From the UHGV virus genome UHGV-0147235: a DNA stretch of 38,886 nucleotides. One strand, written 5' to 3'. Below are positions 36,450-38,886 of the stretch, in pieces. The translations under genes and the position numbers were made by a program. Positions within the stretch are counted from its first letter, which is position 1; each line of letters starts with the position of its first letter. The notes below the pieces were generated by a model. It searched no databases, had not been told where the DNA came from, and saw only the letters and a list, made by a program, of their open reading frames with translations. This DNA is from a virus.

Positions 36450-36545
36450 GTGTTTAAAAGTAATTATATGATTAGTGTTTTATATCTATCTGAAACAAAT
36501 TTAAAGATAATAATTTAAAAAGTGGTTCACAGCATATTAAAGTTA

Positions 36546-36575
36546 GAGTATAATGTAATTAATTTTGAGTATAAT
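36546..36575 (+). promoter_or_regulatory. Moron promoter: two GAGTATAAT boxes 21 bp apart
   Basis: TATAAT at 36549-54 and 36570-75, each preceded by GAG. The -35 is weak. The first box leaves a 32-nt leader with a GAGGCAGGGG SD before TTG 36593. Confidence 0.45.
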
Positions 36576-36592
36576 AGAGGCAGGGGTACAAG

Positions 36593-37366
36593 TTGGAAAT
36601 TATTTCAGAAATCACTGAGGATGTGGGGAATGGAGTAACCGATCCAATTCGAGGATATATAGATGATAAAAAAGTTGTTGCAAAGTACATACACAATAAC
36701 GAAGGATTTATTGCGTTATTCAATGAATTATTAGGCTATAATTTAGTTGAATTTTTTGGTATAAGACATCCCCATTTTGGATATGCATTGTTTAGCAAAG
36801 AAGATACGGCAGTGAAAAATGGGAAAGATTACGTACATAGTAGTTTGTTCACATACACAACTTGGTTAGAAAAATCATTAACAATTACTTCGCCCAGTAT
36901 GACATCTTTTGTTCAAAAGAGTGAAATTGTCAATTTGCTTCTATTTGATATCTTTATTTACAATAAAGATAGAAATTTAGGTAATTTATTAATAGAAATC
37001 CCTAAAAAATTATATCCTATTGATTATACTCATATTTTACCAGGTGGATGTATTTGGCCAGATGTACTTAAAAATGATGATTATAGTATAGAGGATATAA
37101 TTAAGGATATGTTTAGTTCTGGATATTATCAATATTTACTTGAAAATAGAAAAATTGAAACATCAATAATTGAAGATTGTGGTAGAAATTTTGTTGATAA
37201 AGTTAATGATGTTGATATTGAAAGTATTATTTCTAAAATTCCTATTTATTTAAAAAATAATCTTTCTGAGGAAAATATACAACTACTACACAAGTACTTT
37301 ATCTACATTAGCGAGAATTTTGATGAAGCTATTAAATATATAATAGAAAAAATAGGAAAGGAGTGA
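36593..37366 (+). CDS. Minimal protein-kinase-like fold protein (HipA/APH/ePK-like catalytic core): candidate moron kinase
   Basis: G-loop-like VGNGV (11-15), VVAK31, E45, catalytic-loop-like D126-R-N-L-G-N131, and Asp144 (PIDY) 18 residues after D126. TTG start with SD. Confidence 0.6.
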   Translation: MEIISEITEDVGNGVTDPIRGYIDDKKVVAKYIHNNEGFIALFNELLGYNLVEFFGIRHPHFGYALFSKEDTAVKNGKDYVHSSLFTYTTWLEKSLTITSPSMTSFVQKSEIVNLLLFDIFIYNKDRNLGNLLIEIPKKLYPIDYTHILPGGCIWPDVLKNDDYSIEDIIKDMFSSGYYQYLLENRKIETSIIEDCGRNFVDKVNDVDIESIISKIPIYLKNNLSEENIQLLHKYFIYISENFDEAIKYIIEKIGKE

Positions 37367-37372
37367 TTGAGT

Positions 37373-38104
37373 ATGTTTAAAGTGAATTATTCAGTGTTAA
37401 GTTACTATCCAGATATATATTTAAGAAGTAATCTAGCTATAGGTGTTGCTTTTGAGGTAGTAGGAGAAAACTATCATAAAAATGAAGTTAAATTTATAAC
37501 TCAAAGAAAAAAAATTGTATCTTTTGATGATGAACTTGAAGATTTAGAATTTATTAATATGTTTTTAGATGGATTAAAATTTGAATTTGAACATACTCAT
37601 CAATCGCTTCAGAATTATATAAAAAGATTTGTTAATAATTTTTATTTTGAAGATATTGAACATAGAAAATTTAGTTCTATTAATGAAGTTGATGATTTTA
37701 TTAATAAAACTTATAAATACATTTTACATCTTGGCTTGAATAAAAAGGAAAGATTAAATGTAAATGAAAAAAGAAAGTATGTAATGACTTATTTAGAAGG
37801 ACGATATACAGATATAACTTCTAAGCATGTCGTAAGTGGCAAGAATTCATTAGATAAATTTACTCCAGATTTTGTTGCTAAGGATATTGAAAATAAAGAG
37901 TTCCTTTTTAAATTTTTAAATAAAAATAATACAACTATTCATAATGCGAGATCTTATATTCTATATTCAATTATGAACGAAACAAATCTGATTTTAATTC
38001 TTGAGGATGATATGGTAGAAGAAGAAAAACTTTTGAAAGAATTCATCAATAAATTTGAAGCTAAAGTTCAATTAAAAAATGAGCAGGATTTAATTAAGAA
38101 TTAA
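37373..38104 (+). CDS. Hypothetical partner protein translationally coupled to the kinase-like gene
   Basis: AAAGGAGTG overlaps the upstream stop; 7 nt to ATG 37373. 244 aa, no domain recognised. Confidence 0.6.
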   Translation: MFKVNYSVLSYYPDIYLRSNLAIGVAFEVVGENYHKNEVKFITQRKKIVSFDDELEDLEFINMFLDGLKFEFEHTHQSLQNYIKRFVNNFYFEDIEHRKFSSINEVDDFINKTYKYILHLGLNKKERLNVNEKRKYVMTYLEGRYTDITSKHVVSGKNSLDKFTPDFVAKDIENKEFLFKFLNKNNTTIHNARSYILYSIMNETNLILILEDDMVEEEKLLKEFINKFEAKVQLKNEQDLIKN

Positions 38105-38105
38105 T

Positions 38106-38134
38106 AAACCATACCTATGAGGTATGGTTTTTTT
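38106..38134 (+). terminator. Rho-independent terminator
   Basis: AAACCATACC-TATGA-GGTATGGTTT followed by a T-run. Confidence 0.75.
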
Positions 38135-38150
38135 AAATAAAGAAAAACAG

Positions 38151-38178
38151 TTGAATTATATCACATATGTGATATAAT
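38151..38178 (+). promoter_or_regulatory. Strong sigma70-type promoter with an embedded perfect palindrome
   Basis: TTGAAT (38151-56), 16-nt spacer, TGaTATAAT (38170-78). The 18-bp palindrome ATATCACATATGTGATAT (38158-75) spans the spacer and the -10. Confidence 0.6.
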
Positions 38179-38207
38179 ATAAGTATCAAGAAAGAAAGGA
38201 GAAGGAA

Positions 38208-38315
38208 ATGAAAAGAAGTGAAAAAGAAAAAGAACGAATTGAAAAAATAAAGTATCGATTAGCTATAGCAGGCTTAATAATTCAAATACTTAATTTTATC
38301 AAATCGTTCATTTAA
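38208..38315 (+). CDS. Small peptide (35 aa): charged N-terminus plus hydrophobic C-terminal helix
   Basis: AAGGAG lies 6 nt upstream of the ATG. Translation: MKRSEKEKERIEKIKYRLAIAGLIIQILNFIKSFI. Not in the ORF track. Confidence 0.45.
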   Translation: MKRSEKEKERIEKIKYRLAIAGLIIQILNFIKSFI

Positions 38316-38365
38316 TGGTAAAGGGTTAAAAGCCCTTTATCTCATTATATATGGAGGTGAGGTCT

Positions 38366-38455
38366 ATGACAAGAGAATTGAGAAAGAAGTTAACATTTTA
38401 TATAAATATATTATCTTTAATTTTGTTTATCGTAAATATAATAAGAAGAAAATAA
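38366..38455 (+). CDS. Small peptide (29 aa), TM-like, type I toxin-like architecture
   Basis: GGAGGTG lies 6 nt upstream of the ATG. Translation: MTRELRKKLTFYINILSLILFIVNIIRRK. Preceded by the 38319-38339 hairpin. Confidence 0.45.
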   Translation: MTRELRKKLTFYINILSLILFIVNIIRRK

Positions 38456-38487
38456 TAGAATATTTCTTTTCATTTCCTATTTAATTT

Positions 38488-38700
38488 ATGAATCAGTTTA
38501 ATCATATATATACAGTTATAGAAAAATTGCTAAACAATAATGAAATATCGAATTATAAAATTAAAAAAGATACTGGTATTTCCTATGGAGGCATAAGTGA
38601 GTTAAGAAATGGTAAAAGAAAAGTCAAAAATTTAACTCTAGAAACTGCAGAAAAACTTTACAATTATCAAGTAGAATTAGAACAAAGTGATGAAAAATAA
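38488..38700 (+). CDS. Small XRE-like HTH DNA-binding protein
   Basis: ISNYKIKKDTGISYGGISELRNGKRKVKNLTLETAEKL is a helix-turn-helix segment. No obvious SD upstream. Confidence 0.5.
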   Translation: MNQFNHIYTVIEKLLNNNEISNYKIKKDTGISYGGISELRNGKRKVKNLTLETAEKLYNYQVELEQSDEK

Positions 38701-38743
38701 AACAAGGCTCTATCTTTTGCTACATAAGGGATAGAGCCTTGTT
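38701..38743. other. Perfect 14-bp inverted repeat AACAAGGCTCTATC / GATAGAGCCTTGTT around a 15-nt loop, without a U-tract
   Basis: Seen directly; immediately precedes the attR-side repeats. Confidence 0.5.
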
Positions 38744-38794
38744 AGTTGCCCAGTGTAAATAATTTATTATATTGGGCAACTAAATGGGCAACTA
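38744..38794. repeat. attR-side arm-type repeats: TGGGCAACTA inverted at 38744-38753, direct at 38773-38782 and 38785-38794
   Basis: Same 10-mer as at 132-193. A 13-nt match TGGGCAACTAAAT is shared between 132-144 and 38773-38785. Confidence 0.5.
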
Positions 38795-38886
38795 CAATTA
38801 ATTCACGATACATTAATAAAATGTAAAAACATTGATATAAAGCTATTTAACAATATAATAAACCTTTTTATACCCAATTTGCTAAA

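Noticed and set aside
36412-38745. Known staphylococcal phage virulence morons in the lysin-attR interval
   Set aside because: None of the four ORFs in this interval carries a signal peptide or any resemblance to the staphylococcal phage-borne toxins and immune-evasion proteins (PVL, exfoliative toxin, staphylokinase) I can recall. The interval instead carries the novel kinase-like and peptide modules.
1-38886. tRNA, rRNA, tmRNA or CRISPR arrays
   Set aside because: No cloverleaf-compatible GC-rich segments or regularly spaced direct repeats were seen. The only GC-rich island (15584-15640) fits a cos site better.

Overview
The window is AT-rich (about 70% AT by eye) and appears to hold one complete temperate siphovirus prophage of about 38.7 kb, of the Staphylococcus-phage type. 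It is bounded by copies of a 10-bp motif, TGGGCAACTA (three near 132-193 next to the integrase, three near 38744-38794). Left to right the organisation is canonical:
- lysogeny module: attL, a tyrosine integrase (minus strand), two cargo genes, a cI-like repressor, a divergent operator/promoter switch and a cro-like gene;
- early/replication module: Gp157-family protein, ERF-like annealing protein, SSB, HNH/NUMOD4 homing endonuclease, DUF968-like protein, a minus-strand cargo gene, DnaD-like replisome organizer with internal iterons, DnaC-like loader, RusA, DUF3310, a second NUMOD/HNH-like protein, MazG;
- a 2.1-kb insertion of three membrane-protein genes;
- RinA-like late activator, terminase-associated HNH, and a GC-rich candidate cos site;
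- packaging, head and tail genes: TerS, TerL, portal, ClpP-like prohead protease, HK97-type capsid, connectors, major tail protein, G/GT chaperones with a lambda-like GGGAAAG -1 slippery site, a 1982-aa tape measure with M23 peptidase and SLT transglycosylase domains, Dit, Tal-like protein, fibre-repeat proteins, SGNH hydrolase, receptor-binding protein;
- lysis cassette: holin and amidase/SH3b endolysin;
- two terminator-insulated moron modules before attR.
The most interesting candidate system is the post-lysin moron at 36546-38134, which has its own promoter and flanking terminators. It encodes a 257-aa protein whose motifs fit a minimal protein-kinase-like fold (G-loop, VAK lysine, D126-x4-N131 catalytic loop, Asp144 at +18), translationally coupled to an unrecognisable 244-aa partner. 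It is followed by a second module: a strong promoter with an embedded 18-bp palindrome, two tiny hydrophobic peptides and a 70-aa HTH protein. No tRNA, rRNA or CRISPR arrays were seen. All domain calls come from reading motifs in the translations, not from database searches.
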